DNA of 64,000 bases from an uncultured Candidatus Moduliflexus sp. (lineage in GTDB: Bacteria > Moduliflexota > Moduliflexia > Moduliflexales > Moduliflexaceae). The notes beneath the pieces were generated by a model, which ran no database searches, was not told where the DNA came from, and saw only the letters and a list, made by a program, of their open reading frames with translations. Location: contig CAZRSF010000014.1 in assembly GCA_964602655.1 (NCBI GenBank), positions 21,749 through 85,748 on the forward strand, given 5' to 3'. The position numbers were made by a program, and so were the translations under genes. Positions within the stretch are counted from its first letter, which is position 1. Each line of letters starts with the position of its first letter. Shown piece after piece: positions 18,866 to 28,260 of the stretch.

Positions 18866-20482
18866 TTATGAGGTTGCTCGCTGCGAAAAGGTTTCGATCT
18901 CCGGTTTCGGCATATAATCTTCTTCCTCTAACATCTCAACCAACTTAGCATGATCTTTCCGCTGAATGACAAAATAGGTCGGCGCAACCTGGGCGATTAA
19001 GAATTTGGAAATCTTTTTCGATTCTTGCAATTCTTTGGCTAATGCCTCTGAATCGCATTTCAGCATGAGCGCATCCACAAAACTGATGCGGCCATACGTA
19101 TTCGTCCATTCGCCGATCATGTCTTTCACGTTGTCAGGAATCGGATGCGCCGTATGCGTATCTAAAAAGTTCACGATTTCTTCGACGGACTTGCCTTCTT
19201 GCAACGTATGGTAAATAGATTGGCGCGATAACTTATAGACCACCTCGTCATTGATGCGCACAAGGTCGGCGATCTTTCCTAATTCCCAACGAATCGAGGG
19301 ATCCAGATCCTTGGATGAGACCACTTCGAAATTCGGTTTGATTGAAAAGCGTTTTTCAACCTGTTTTGGAAACAGCGAAATATCATTGACCAACAGGGCT
19401 GTTCCTACGGTGCTGATGCGAATGCCCAATTCGTCGTCCTTTGCGTCGGGGTGTTGCGTTTGCTCGATTCCGCCGATATACATCAGCGCATTCAGAAAAT
19501 TCGGATCACGCGGTTTCGAACTCTGTTTGAACCACTTATGCTCTGGCATCAACTCGTTAAAAATACGATCAATAGATGCAGAGGTCAGCCATTTTCCTTT
19601 GGGAATCGAGAGCAATATTCGCAGCAAGAGCTGCGCTTCGGCGGACGAACTCATGTACGCATCTTGCCAGAATTGGAAGATTTCTTTCATTTTAAAGAAA
19701 TCAGGCTGTTCTAACCAACGTTCGACAATATCGGTGATCCGCAGATAATTCCCATCAATTTCCGTCAGCCCTTTGGCGTCGCAAAAACGATAGATAAACT
19801 CGAAGCGTGGCGGATAATACCCCTCTTCACGCTGCTCTTTTTCCATGTCTTCCAATGGAATTTCAGGCAATTCGAAAGAATCTAAAATGCGAAGTTGTGT
19901 GCGTTTGAAAATGACGAACTCTTGCGTTAATTTGACATTGTCTCGTTTTAAAAATGCTAAAAACGTAAAAATATCCCGAATGACGGCCAATCCGTCAAAT
20001 CGTTTAGTGCGCGGCTGGCTTTGATAAAAATCTAACCGATCAAGGAGGTCCTGACCAATAATCTCCAACAAGGCTTCCGCCAAATCAAGCGGAATCGAAT
20101 AGGTGCTGAACTCGTTTTCCTCAGATGCCGCAGAAATATACACAACTCCTCGCCCAACCAATGAATTCATGATGTTTTCCGGTTCGAATTCCTGGTGAGG
20201 AAACACGCGCCGTAATTCTTCATGGTATTTTTCAACCGTCATGCCAGCTTCTTCTTTGAAGAAAAGAATCATCATCACGCCAGCGGCCTGCACCTCAGAC
20301 AACTCACTAAACAGCTTTTTCAAAAACCGGCGATCTCGAAATTTTTGTGTTAAGACTTCAATTAATCGGGCTTTCGAATAAAGATTACATTGCAGGCTAT
20401 TTTCTAAGGTAATTGTCTGCGCGAGTTCGATTGGAATTTGCGATAAATATTCTTGCAGTTTAATATTTTGTCCTAAATTCAA
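18866..20482 (-). CDS. Conserved hypothetical protein (538 aa, soluble, no nucleotide-binding motif recognised)
   Basis: Long uninterrupted ORF with coding-like composition and no Walker A motif. It lies 100 bp downstream of the MltD-like gene on the same strand. Confidence 0.65.
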   Translation of the reverse strand: MNLGQNIKLQEYLSQIPIELAQTITLENSLQCNLYSKARLIEVLTQKFRDRRFLKKLFSELSEVQAAGVMMILFFKEEAGMTVEKYHEELRRVFPHQEFEPENIMNSLVGRGVVYISAASEENEFSTYSIPLDLAEALLEIIGQDLLDRLDFYQSQPRTKRFDGLAVIRDIFTFLAFLKRDNVKLTQEFVIFKRTQLRILDSFELPEIPLEDMEKEQREEGYYPPRFEFIYRFCDAKGLTEIDGNYLRITDIVERWLEQPDFFKMKEIFQFWQDAYMSSSAEAQLLLRILLSIPKGKWLTSASIDRIFNELMPEHKWFKQSSKPRDPNFLNALMYIGGIEQTQHPDAKDDELGIRISTVGTALLVNDISLFPKQVEKRFSIKPNFEVVSSKDLDPSIRWELGKIADLVRINDEVVYKLSRQSIYHTLQEGKSVEEIVNFLDTHTAHPIPDNVKDMIGEWTNTYGRISFVDALMLKCDSEALAKELQESKKISKFLIAQVAPTYFVIQRKDHAKLVEMLEEEDYMPKPEIETFSQRATS

Positions 20483-20582
20483 AATCCGTCATGATCAGCA
20501 ATCAGCGGCAAGAGACACACCACCCACTCTTACCGCTGGTTCTAATACATTCTTTTTTCCCGAACGATAACTAACCGGCTAA

Positions 20583-22481
20583 TTAATACCACACCGTAAT
20601 TCGACTGCCCGGATAGAGCAATGTCCCGGAGTCAAAATTATTCCACTGCTGTAACTGGCTCACGCTCACGCCAAAAGACGCGGCAATTTTACTCAACGAA
20701 TCCCCGCGTTTGACACGATAGGTCCGCATTTTTTTATCAGAACTTGCTCCCTTTGCGCTTGCAACCTTTGTAGATTTCGCCGGGACTTTTATGATTTGTC
20801 CGATTTGGAGGCGGTTGGCTTTTTTTATCCGATTAAACGATTTCAGCGTCTCCACATCAACATGATACTGTTCAGCGATACTGGCTAACGTGTCCCCTTT
20901 CCGAATTGTATGCGAGATCGTCTTCTTTGTCGCTTTTGCTGTCTCAACACTTCTCTTTCCAGATGTGGGGATTTTTAATTTCTGTCCAACTTGTAATGAT
21001 TTGACATTACGAATATTATTGGCGCGTCGAATATCCTCCACGCTGACTTTATATTTTTTCGCAATGGTCGAAGGGTTTTCTCCTTTTCGAACGCGATGGA
21101 TAAGATATTCTTCCGAGGTCTTTGCGCGAGATTTTGACGGCGCAATTTCCGTCTTTTTCGCGACAACGGCTGGGGTTGCCATCTCTTCCGGTTCATCTGC
21201 CACCGAGGGTTCCATCTGCTGCGCAAGCACGACCGATTCGGTACTCTTCGGGATTCTCAACGCATATTTGCCAGAACCGGCAGGCGTTTTTCCCTGTTTT
21301 AATTCCGGGTTCAGATGGCGCAGTTCTTCATAACTGATCCCTAACTGCTTCGCGACGTGTTTTAAATCGCTTCCTCTTTTGACATCTACCACAACGGAGG
21401 AGACTGGCTGAATTTCAAGAGGCGACAGACCAAATTGTTCGGCATGTTTCGCAATAAAAATCGCCGCTTTGATTCGGGCGACATAGTGTTTCGCGCCACT
21501 TCCGAACGCTCTGGTTTCGGCTAATTCTTCGATATCGCGTGTGCGATGCCTCCCGATCGCGTTATGCACTTTATATTCCCCCATATAATAGCCGGCAAAC
21601 GCCAATTCCCAATCTCCCAGCATCCCATACAGGTCTCCTAAATATTTTGCCGCTGCTTCGGACGCTTTTTTCGGATCGCGACGTTCATCTACGTAGGAAT
21701 CGATCTGTAAATCGTAATTCTTCCCCGTTGAACGAACAAACTGCCATAAGCCAACGGCTCCGGCAGGAGAAACGGCATCCACTCTGAAATTGCTTTCAAT
21801 CAGAGGAATAAATGTCAATTCGACAGGAAGTTTATTGGCTTTGAAAATCGGAAGGATCATCGGCAGGTATTCTGCGGCGCGTTCCATACCTTTGCGATAC
21901 TGCGAATGGTCTTTCGTGAACTCTTTGACATACTTCATGACCAACTCATCAGACTCATCAATCGTAATTTCGCCTAATGTCCCTTCAGGGTTTTCGAAAA
22001 TCGAGGTTGACGAGCTTTCCTCTTCAACGAGGAACTCCGGACGAGTTGTAGAAAGAAAAGCTTCAAGTTCATCGCTATTTTCGGCCTCTTCTCGCACGTC
22101 TTCTTTCGCAAGGCCTTCACGATAACGTTCTTCTAATTCAAGTTTATGAATCTGGGCAAACAGTTTATCATAGGTTTCGGTCAGCCGATAATGCGTCTCC
22201 GCATCCATATCGGCTTCAAGCAACATTTCCAATGCCTGATCGAATTGATGATGCGCTGACTCCCAACGATGATGTTTGTAATGTTCGACTCCTTCTTCGT
22301 AATAGGCTTCTGCCTGTTCGATAATCTCCTCAAGTTCGGTAACGGCGACCTGTTCATCCGTTACAGCGATTTGCTCCAATGCAACCTCTTTCGCGTCTTG
22401 CGATTGGCTGCATCCGCCCAACAACAAGACTCCCATCCAACAGCCATATAGCAAACATCCGATTCTTTTCTGTATCTTCAT
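20583..22481 (-). CDS. mltD: Membrane-bound lytic murein transglycosylase D-like lipoprotein (SLT domain + 3-4 C-terminal LysM domains); likely start at the Met at 22481 (MKIQKRIGCLLYGC...), ORF opens at 22511
   Basis: SLT catalytic motif (IESNFRVDAVSPAGAVGLWQFVRSTG). Repeated LysM units (YRVKRGDSLSKIAASFGVSVSQLQQWNN and others). Signal peptide with lipobox LLGGC. Confidence 0.85.
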   Translation of the reverse strand: MKIQKRIGCLLYGCWMGVLLLGGCSQSQDAKEVALEQIAVTDEQVAVTELEEIIEQAEAYYEEGVEHYKHHRWESAHHQFDQALEMLLEADMDAETHYRLTETYDKLFAQIHKLELEERYREGLAKEDVREEAENSDELEAFLSTTRPEFLVEEESSSTSIFENPEGTLGEITIDESDELVMKYVKEFTKDHSQYRKGMERAAEYLPMILPIFKANKLPVELTFIPLIESNFRVDAVSPAGAVGLWQFVRSTGKNYDLQIDSYVDERRDPKKASEAAAKYLGDLYGMLGDWELAFAGYYMGEYKVHNAIGRHRTRDIEELAETRAFGSGAKHYVARIKAAIFIAKHAEQFGLSPLEIQPVSSVVVDVKRGSDLKHVAKQLGISYEELRHLNPELKQGKTPAGSGKYALRIPKSTESVVLAQQMEPSVADEPEEMATPAVVAKKTEIAPSKSRAKTSEEYLIHRVRKGENPSTIAKKYKVSVEDIRRANNIRNVKSLQVGQKLKIPTSGKRSVETAKATKKTISHTIRKGDTLASIAEQYHVDVETLKSFNRIKKANRLQIGQIIKVPAKSTKVASAKGASSDKKMRTYRVKRGDSLSKIAASFGVSVSQLQQWNNFDSGTLLYPGSRITVWY

Positions 22482-22588
22482 GCGGCATACTCCCTCGTAA
22501 ATAGAAGGCACAAATCCCTTTATTCTGTTCCATACGAATCGTCTCCTTCCTCGTGATTATGATAGAGGTTGATAACGTTCCTCAGTAT

Positions 22589-22870
22589 TTAAGAGATCCT
22601 GCCATGCTTTTTCATTTGCTCTTCGAACGTCTTTTGATACATAATATCCCATTCCCGCGAGCCTTCTGCAATATTACGTTTGTATGATTTCAAAATTCGG
22701 CGCACTTCCTGATCCACCTCCTCTTCAATTTGCAATTCGCCAATCATAAAATTAGCGATTTCCATGCGTAACGTATTTTTATCAACAAGCCAGGTGGCTC
22801 CTTCTGAGTTCTCCAGGGCGCTGACGATGAGATGCGACCAATGCATGAGCTTATCTCGGCTGACTCTCAT
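22589..22870 (-). CDS. DUF507-like small protein (93 aa)
   Basis: Charged, helical 93-aa protein. It resembles the upstream paralog (shared LxxLxxE...V..L..Y pattern). Confidence 0.55.
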   Translation of the reverse strand: MRVSRDKLMHWSHLIVSALENSEGATWLVDKNTLRMEIANFMIGELQIEEEVDQEVRRILKSYKRNIAEGSREWDIMYQKTFEEQMKKHGRIS

Positions 22871-23148
22871 AAAATCAAATTCCGCTCCTTCACTAATTTA
22901 CGCTTCACCATTTGGAACATCTCATGATACTCAATATGCTGTTGCCGCATATATTGAGCATACCCCTCCAAAACTTTCCGAACTTCTTCGTCAAGGTCCT
23001 CTTCGACTTTCAAGTCAGCCAAAATAGCATTCGTAATTCTCGCCTGTACGCTTTTTGGATCTCCTTGAAGCCGAAGACAACTTTTCTGTATTAAATGGTG
23101 AAACAACCGCTCACCGAGCGATTCTACGTAATCCCGTCGCAATTTCAT
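22867..23148 (-). CDS. DUF507-like small protein, paralog (93 aa); the ORF extends to 23487 but the upstream part is AT-rich junk, so the start is placed at the Met at 23148
   Basis: Same length and pattern as 22589..22870 (MKLRRDYVESLGERLFHHLIQ ... vs MRVSRDKLMHWSHLIVSALEN ...). Its stop overlaps the start of the downstream copy by 4 nt (ATGA). Confidence 0.55.
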   Translation of the reverse strand: MKLRRDYVESLGERLFHHLIQKSCLRLQGDPKSVQARITNAILADLKVEEDLDEEVRKVLEGYAQYMRQQHIEYHEMFQMVKRKLVKERNLIL

Positions 23149-23377
23149 AGAGTCGAATATGTGTTCAGCATTGAAAAAGATGATAAAAATATTGAGAGCG
23201 CTATTTTGAACTATTACATGTATCATGTATCGGGTTATGCCGTCAAGAAAAAAATGGTTTGCCCTGTGACAGGAGTGAAATACGGAGAGATAAATGTTGA
23301 AAACTCTGAGGGAAATTTTCTGATGAACGTCATTTTTTATCCTGACGTTCATCAGGTATCTTCGAGATGTTGCCTTC

Positions 23378-23689
23378 TTACGATGCCATTTTTTTTCGAG
23401 TCGAACGAGATTTCGCCTTTTCTGGCGAACGTAACGATATTTTATGCTGTTTCCTGAGAAAAATTGGATTATCATGACGAAATTCATCCCAGACCTCGAT
23501 ACATTGATTCATATCACAGGCCGTTTGCATCCGCTGAACGGCATCATCCGTTAAGTTCTCGATCCAACCGGCATGAATCAAGCGTCCGATATCTCGCATT
23601 GCCATTTTTAATTCCTGCTGCTGGAGTCCCATAATTTGTATGGTTGGTTGGCCATATAACAACCCTCGTTTTATTTCAGTCCAGTTCAT
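23378..23689 (-). CDS. Hypothetical protein (103 aa); start at the Met at 23689 supported by AAGGAGGAG 4 nt upstream
   Basis: Strong RBS (reverse complement of ctcctcctt at 23692-23700). Confidence 0.45.
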   Translation of the reverse strand: MNWTEIKRGLLYGQPTIQIMGLQQQELKMAMRDIGRLIHAGWIENLTDDAVQRMQTACDMNQCIEVWDEFRHDNPIFLRKQHKISLRSPEKAKSRSTRKKMAS

Positions 23690-24022
23690 AGTCTCCTCCT
23701 TAATAATTATCACAATAAAATAAATACATTATACAAGTATAATAGGAATAAAAGACGAATATTTGCAAGTCTTTTTTGAATAATTTTACTCAGCACAATG
23801 ATCTAATAGCATAAACATTATAAAAACAATAAGATGCATGGAATAAAAAATAATTCGCAGTTTACGATAAGCGCGCCGCTCGCTATAAACGCTTGACTGA
23901 TTTCTTACGTGCAGAAATATTTTATTCCGAATCGCATACATAACTTGTAGAGTATGACGATGCAGATGATATGATGGCAAAAGGGAGCGAAGAGGAAGGG
24001 GTTACGCAAGACACTATCGAAT

Positions 24023-24853
24023 TTAAGCAATCCCGAATCGCCAGGGATGTGTATATATGTAAAACCCGCGCGCTTTCAGAAAGCTGATGTAGGTGCAGTT
24101 CAGTCTGTCGGCGAATTGCAGCGCCAAATCAGTCGGCGCGGAGACCGACGCCACCACCGGAATCGCGATGCGTGCGGCTTTTTGCATCATTTCGAAACTG
24201 GCGCGACTGGAGAGCATGAGCAGTTTGTCATCAGTCGCAATATTGTTCAGCAGAATATGCCCGATCAGCTTATCCAATCCGTTATGCCGCCCGATGTCTT
24301 CCGCGCCAAACAGCGCGTTACCATGCGGATCGAATAACGCGGCTCCATGCGTGGCACCGCATTTTGCGCGTAACGTCTGACTCGCATCCAATTTTTCCGG
24401 GAACGACGCCACAATCGCCAGATCGAATCGTTGCTGCGAACGAATCGGCGGGATATTGCGCATCGCGTCGTCAAGAATCTGCGCTCGATTGAGCGAGCCG
24501 CTGGACGATTTGATTGCGCTGCCGCATTTTCCCTGTTTACCCGTAAACGAAGGAATCGTCAGGTCAACGCGCTGAATGAAAGGCGCATAGGCATTCGCAT
24601 GACACGCAATGCCGGTCACATCGGCGGCAGATGCGATCAACTCGTCGGTAAAACAGAATCCGACCGCTAATTCGCGCTCTGCGCCGGGCGTTCGCATCAG
24701 CGTGACATACGACTCGCCGTTAATCCGTAACTCTAACGGAATCTCCTGACAAATCGGATTGTCAACTCGCGTTATTTCGCCGTTTTTTACCAGAATCGGC
24801 CTGTGCATCACAATCGGATCATGTTCGAAATTCATCATAAATTCAGGCATCAC
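24023..24853 (-). CDS. fdhD: Formate dehydrogenase accessory sulfurtransferase FdhD
   Basis: FdhD signature [16 protein letters not shown] and conserved Cys-containing N-terminal half. Confidence 0.85.
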   Translation of the reverse strand: MMPEFMMNFEHDPIVMHRPILVKNGEITRVDNPICQEIPLELRINGESYVTLMRTPGAERELAVGFCFTDELIASAADVTGIACHANAYAPFIQRVDLTIPSFTGKQGKCGSAIKSSSGSLNRAQILDDAMRNIPPIRSQQRFDLAIVASFPEKLDASQTLRAKCGATHGAALFDPHGNALFGAEDIGRHNGLDKLIGHILLNNIATDDKLLMLSSRASFEMMQKAARIAIPVVASVSAPTDLALQFADRLNCTYISFLKARGFYIYTHPWRFGIA

Positions 24854-24943
24854 CCCGCGCCGCCGGTTGCTGGCAAGAAGAAAATACGATTGCTCGAAAA
24901 AATATTTGACAGCAATCTATCATATAAAAATAGAAGAGCCGCC

Positions 24944-25870
24944 ATGAACCCGAAAGCAAAACGTTACACGACATTCAACGCCCATTTACGAGAACTGTTC
25001 GACGACAGAGTCTATAAAGTCTCGATTGATGCCGGATTCACTTGCCCGAACCGCGACGGCGCGAAAGGCAGCGGCGGCTGCGCCTATTGTTACGGCAACC
25101 GCGCGGAGACGAGTTTGATTGATATTCCGACGATGCAGGCGCATATCCGGCAGGGAGTCATCGCAGTCGGTCGAAAGTATAAGGCGACAAAATTTCTGAT
25201 CTATTTCCAGTCCTACAGCAACACGTATGCGCCGGTCGAACAGCTTGCGGCGCTCTATCGCGCCGCGCTCGCCGAACCGGGCATTGTCGGCATGTCTATC
25301 GGTACGCGCCCGGATTGCGCGCCGGGCGACGTATTGGATATGCTGGAAGACATCGCGCGCGAAACATATCTGTGGCTCGAATACGGTGTGCAGTCCGTCC
25401 ATGACGACACGCTCAGGCGCATCAAACGCGGCCACACATTCGCCGAATTCGCTGACGCGGTCGAACGAACCAAACAGCGACGCGGCATCAATATTTGCGC
25501 GCATGTGATTCTCGGCCTGCCCGGCGAAACGCGGGCGCAGATGATCGAAACCGCTCGAATTTTGTCGCAGATCGGCGTCAATGGCGTCAAAATTCATTCC
25601 GCGCACATTGTCAAAGACACCGAATGGGAAACCCTCTATCAGCGCGGCGAATTTCGTCCGATGGAACTGCCGGAATACGTCGAAACCGTCTGCGATTTTC
25701 TGGAACATCTCGCGCCGGACATCATCGTGCATCGTCTGATCGGCGACACGTTGCGCATCCGTTACGTCGCGCCGGAGTGGTGTCTGAACAAAAACGACTC
25801 ACTGAAGGCGATTGACGCAGAACTCGAACGACGGGATTCGTGGCAGGGAAAACGCATAGAGCAAACCTAA
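24944..25870 (+). CDS. Radical SAM protein, TIGR01212 (YhcC-like) family; the ORF opens at 24803, the likely start is the ATG at 24944
   Basis: CxxxCxxC-type cluster motif region (FTCPNRDGAKGSGGCAYCYG). Family-typical length (~310 aa). Starting at 24944 avoids overlap with fdhD on the other strand. Confidence 0.8.
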   Translation: MNPKAKRYTTFNAHLRELFDDRVYKVSIDAGFTCPNRDGAKGSGGCAYCYGNRAETSLIDIPTMQAHIRQGVIAVGRKYKATKFLIYFQSYSNTYAPVEQLAALYRAALAEPGIVGMSIGTRPDCAPGDVLDMLEDIARETYLWLEYGVQSVHDDTLRRIKRGHTFAEFADAVERTKQRRGINICAHVILGLPGETRAQMIETARILSQIGVNGVKIHSAHIVKDTEWETLYQRGEFRPMELPEYVETVCDFLEHLAPDIIVHRLIGDTLRIRYVAPEWCLNKNDSLKAIDAELERRDSWQGKRIEQT

Positions 25871-25883
25871 ATGATTTATACGC

Positions 25884-25924
25884 TTCGACACGCTCAGCGT
25901 ACGGCCTTTCCCTGAGCGTGTCGA
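25884..25924. other. 14-bp perfect inverted repeat (ttcgacacgctcag ... ctgagcgtgtcgaa) between the radical-SAM gene and cbiB
   Basis: Read directly. No T-tract follows, so a processing or attenuation role is not established. Confidence 0.4.
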
Positions 25925-25968
25925 AGGGAGCGAGGCCACAACTCATTCAGGACTGCGATAGAACGCGG

Positions 25969-26919
25969 ATGATACGTATGATGCTCGATATCTTGCTTGC
26001 TGTGTTACTTGATTGGCTGTTAGGCGACCCGCCCTCCTGGCCGCATCCGGTGAAATGGATGGGAACGCTGATCGCAAAAGAAGAGGCGTTCGTCAGACGC
26101 ATCGCCCTAACCCGTCGCACCATGTTCTACGGCGGCGCGGCGATAGTCGTCTTCAACCTCTTGTTAGCATTCGGCCTGTCATTTGTGGCGCTTCACATTC
26201 TGAAACCGTTTCCAATAGCGTATCATGCCGTCAACATCTATCTGTTCTACGCCTGCCTCGCGGCGCGATGCCTGCGGGACGAGGCGCTGAACGTGTATCG
26301 AGCCTTCGATCAAAGCATCGAGACGGCGCGGCATCGGTTGTCATTTATCGTGGGGCGCGACACCGCGCAGCTTGACGAGGCAGAAATCGTGCGGGCGACG
26401 GTCGAGACGGTGGCCGAAAATACGTCGGACGGCGTGATTGCGCCGCTGCTCTACGCGATGATCGGCGGCGCGCCGCTGGCAGTTGCCTACAAAATGGTGA
26501 ATACGATGGATTCCATGCTCGGCTATCTGAATGAAAAATATTGCGACATCGGTTATTTTCCCGCAAAAACAGATGATGTCTGGAATTTCGTTCCGGCGCG
26601 GCTGACCGGCGTGTTGATGCTTCTCGGCAGCCTATTTCGATTTGATGTGAAAAATGGCTGGCGCGTGATGCGGCGCGACCGGCGCAATCATAAAAGCCCG
26701 AATTGCGGCTATCCCGAAAGCGCGGTCGCGGGTTTGCTTGGCGTGCGGCTCGGCGGCGAAAATGTCTATTTCGGCGAGCGCGTCTGGAAACCGACGATTG
26801 GCGACGCGGCACGACCGCTCGAACGCGCCGATATTGCGCGGGCGATAGAAATCATGTTTCGCGCGGAGATTTTGGGAATGGGATTATATCTGCCGATTGC
26901 TACATTATTGAGTTATTGA
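25969..26919 (+). CDS. cbiB: Adenosylcobinamide-phosphate synthase CbiB/CobD
   Basis: N-terminus LLDWLLGDPPSWPHPVKWMG is a CobD/CbiB hallmark; multi-TM protein. The ORF opens at 25840 but the Met at 25969 (MIRMMLD...) fits family N-termini. Confidence 0.85.
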   Translation: MIRMMLDILLAVLLDWLLGDPPSWPHPVKWMGTLIAKEEAFVRRIALTRRTMFYGGAAIVVFNLLLAFGLSFVALHILKPFPIAYHAVNIYLFYACLAARCLRDEALNVYRAFDQSIETARHRLSFIVGRDTAQLDEAEIVRATVETVAENTSDGVIAPLLYAMIGGAPLAVAYKMVNTMDSMLGYLNEKYCDIGYFPAKTDDVWNFVPARLTGVLMLLGSLFRFDVKNGWRVMRRDRRNHKSPNCGYPESAVAGLLGVRLGGENVYFGERVWKPTIGDAARPLERADIARAIEIMFRAEILGMGLYLPIATLLSY

Positions 26920-27206
26920 TTTGCCGATAATGCTCGCAGAACTGCTGTGGGCTCTTTCGCAACGATATTTAATAAGACGAGAGCTGGCCCGCGAGGAGTT
27001 CTATCGCCGCGTTCCCAATGTCGAAGCGTCCCTACGCTAATGCCAAAAGCTGACGCAAATTCTGTTTGACTCATGCCGACACGCTCTCGGACAGCTTTCA
27101 CATCAACAGAAGAGAAGGTATGAACGACAGCCTGAATTGGCCTCCCTTTCGTATATTCAATGGCTTCTGTCAAGCCTTGTTTGATGCTTTCGAATGTGCT
27201 GCTCAT
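26913..27206 (-). CDS. Type II antitoxin, HTH XRE-like (dnstrm_HI1420 / HigA-like family)
   Basis: HTH motif MSQTEFASAFGISVGTLRHWERG. It sits immediately downstream of a RelE/HigB-like toxin gene. Confidence 0.75.
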   Translation of the reverse strand: MSSTFESIKQGLTEAIEYTKGRPIQAVVHTFSSVDVKAVRERVGMSQTEFASAFGISVGTLRHWERGDRTPRGPALVLLNIVAKEPTAVLRALSANQ

Positions 27207-27241
27207 AATAATTCCTACAATAGTCGTTCTCTAAAAAATGG

Positions 27242-27592
27242 TCAATCATTGCTGTTATGATGTCGCTGATAGTTATCAAGTAATTCTTCCACAAGTTTAG
27301 CTAACATATTTCGCTCAGCATGGCTTAAATTGGCTTTTTCTGATTTTCCAAAGATGGTCAGAAGAAATAGTGGATAACGCTCACTATGATAATAGTAAAT
27401 GACGCGAACCCCGCCACTTTTTCCCATGCCGTCACGTTTCCAGCGCAGTTTCCGAATCCCTCCGGTTCCCTCAAGAATAACTCCAACATCTGGCTGGGCG
27501 GCGAGGTAACTTACTAATCGAGAACGCTCCTCTTCAGACAATAACTTCTGAGAGCGACGAAGATATTCTGGCAACTCAACAACTGTGAGCAT
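27242..27592 (-). CDS. Type II toxin, RelE/ParE superfamily (upstrm_HI1419 / HigB-like addiction-module killer)
   Basis: Motif GGIRKLRWKRDGMGKSGGVRVIYYY is typical of the HI1419 killer family. Toxin-first gene order. Confidence 0.75.
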   Translation of the reverse strand: MLTVVELPEYLRRSQKLLSEEERSRLVSYLAAQPDVGVILEGTGGIRKLRWKRDGMGKSGGVRVIYYYHSERYPLFLLTIFGKSEKANLSHAERNMLAKLVEELLDNYQRHHNSND

Positions 27593-27669
27593 ATTTTATA
27601 CTATAATCCATTGACTTATCTACGTCAAGCATACGCATGAAAAATTGTATGAACGCCTGCTGTTTGTGA

Positions 27670-28053
27670 TCATCGAGCTGCGTTACGCTGAATCATCAGG
27701 GCGAGCACCATAAACAGCGTGACGATTTCCACAATCGCAAACGCCGCGCCGATGGAAATGCCTAATACTGAACGCAGCAGGCCAGTCGTGTATCCGGCGT
27801 GGGTTTTCAGCACCCGAATTCCCTGAATGCCAAACCAAATCGGCAGCGCGGCAATCAGCAAGCAAATCAATGCGCGGGCAAACAACAGCGGAATGATCGC
27901 AGGCGCATACACTGTCCATTGCCGAATGGCAAGCAGCGCGGCAATCCAGGTGCTTCCCCAGATCGGAAACAAAAATATCGCCCATTGCAGCGAGCGTTTG
28001 GCGGCGGTGGGACATCGTAAGATCATCGTATTTTGGCGTTCCGTTTCTGTCAT
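27670..28053 (-). CDS. Small integral membrane protein (4 TM), hypothetical; start at the Met at 28053 with GGAGG 4 nt upstream
   Basis: Hydrophobic segments are present. The RBS ggaggacgcc was read as the reverse complement at 28057-28066. Confidence 0.5.
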   Translation of the reverse strand: MTETERQNTMILRCPTAAKRSLQWAIFLFPIWGSTWIAALLAIRQWTVYAPAIIPLLFARALICLLIAALPIWFGIQGIRVLKTHAGYTTGLLRSVLGISIGAAFAIVEIVTLFMVLALMIQRNAAR

Positions 28054-28260
28054 GCGCGGCGTCCTCCATGTTGCTCGTTTTGCCTGCGATGCTGTTGTCA
28101 AGAGCGATGAACCTGTCAATACATATTTCCGCTGAAAATGCAAATCGCCACGCTTATTCGTTGACAAATCCATTCTTCTCACAAAGGCGTACATATAAAC
28201 TTTTTGCGACATGAATCGGTATTAATTTTCTGACGAACTCAAAAAAATATAAGGGGATAT

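Noticed and set aside
24986-25732. 248-aa minus-strand ORF
   Set aside because: Antisense to the radical-SAM gene, which has a clear Cys motif on the plus strand.
25871-25968. Possible cobalamin riboswitch upstream of cbiB
   Set aside because: The leader is only ~100 nt and lacks the B12-box; only a simple hairpin is present.
26345-26812. 155-aa Arg-rich minus-strand ORF
   Set aside because: Antisense shadow of cbiB.
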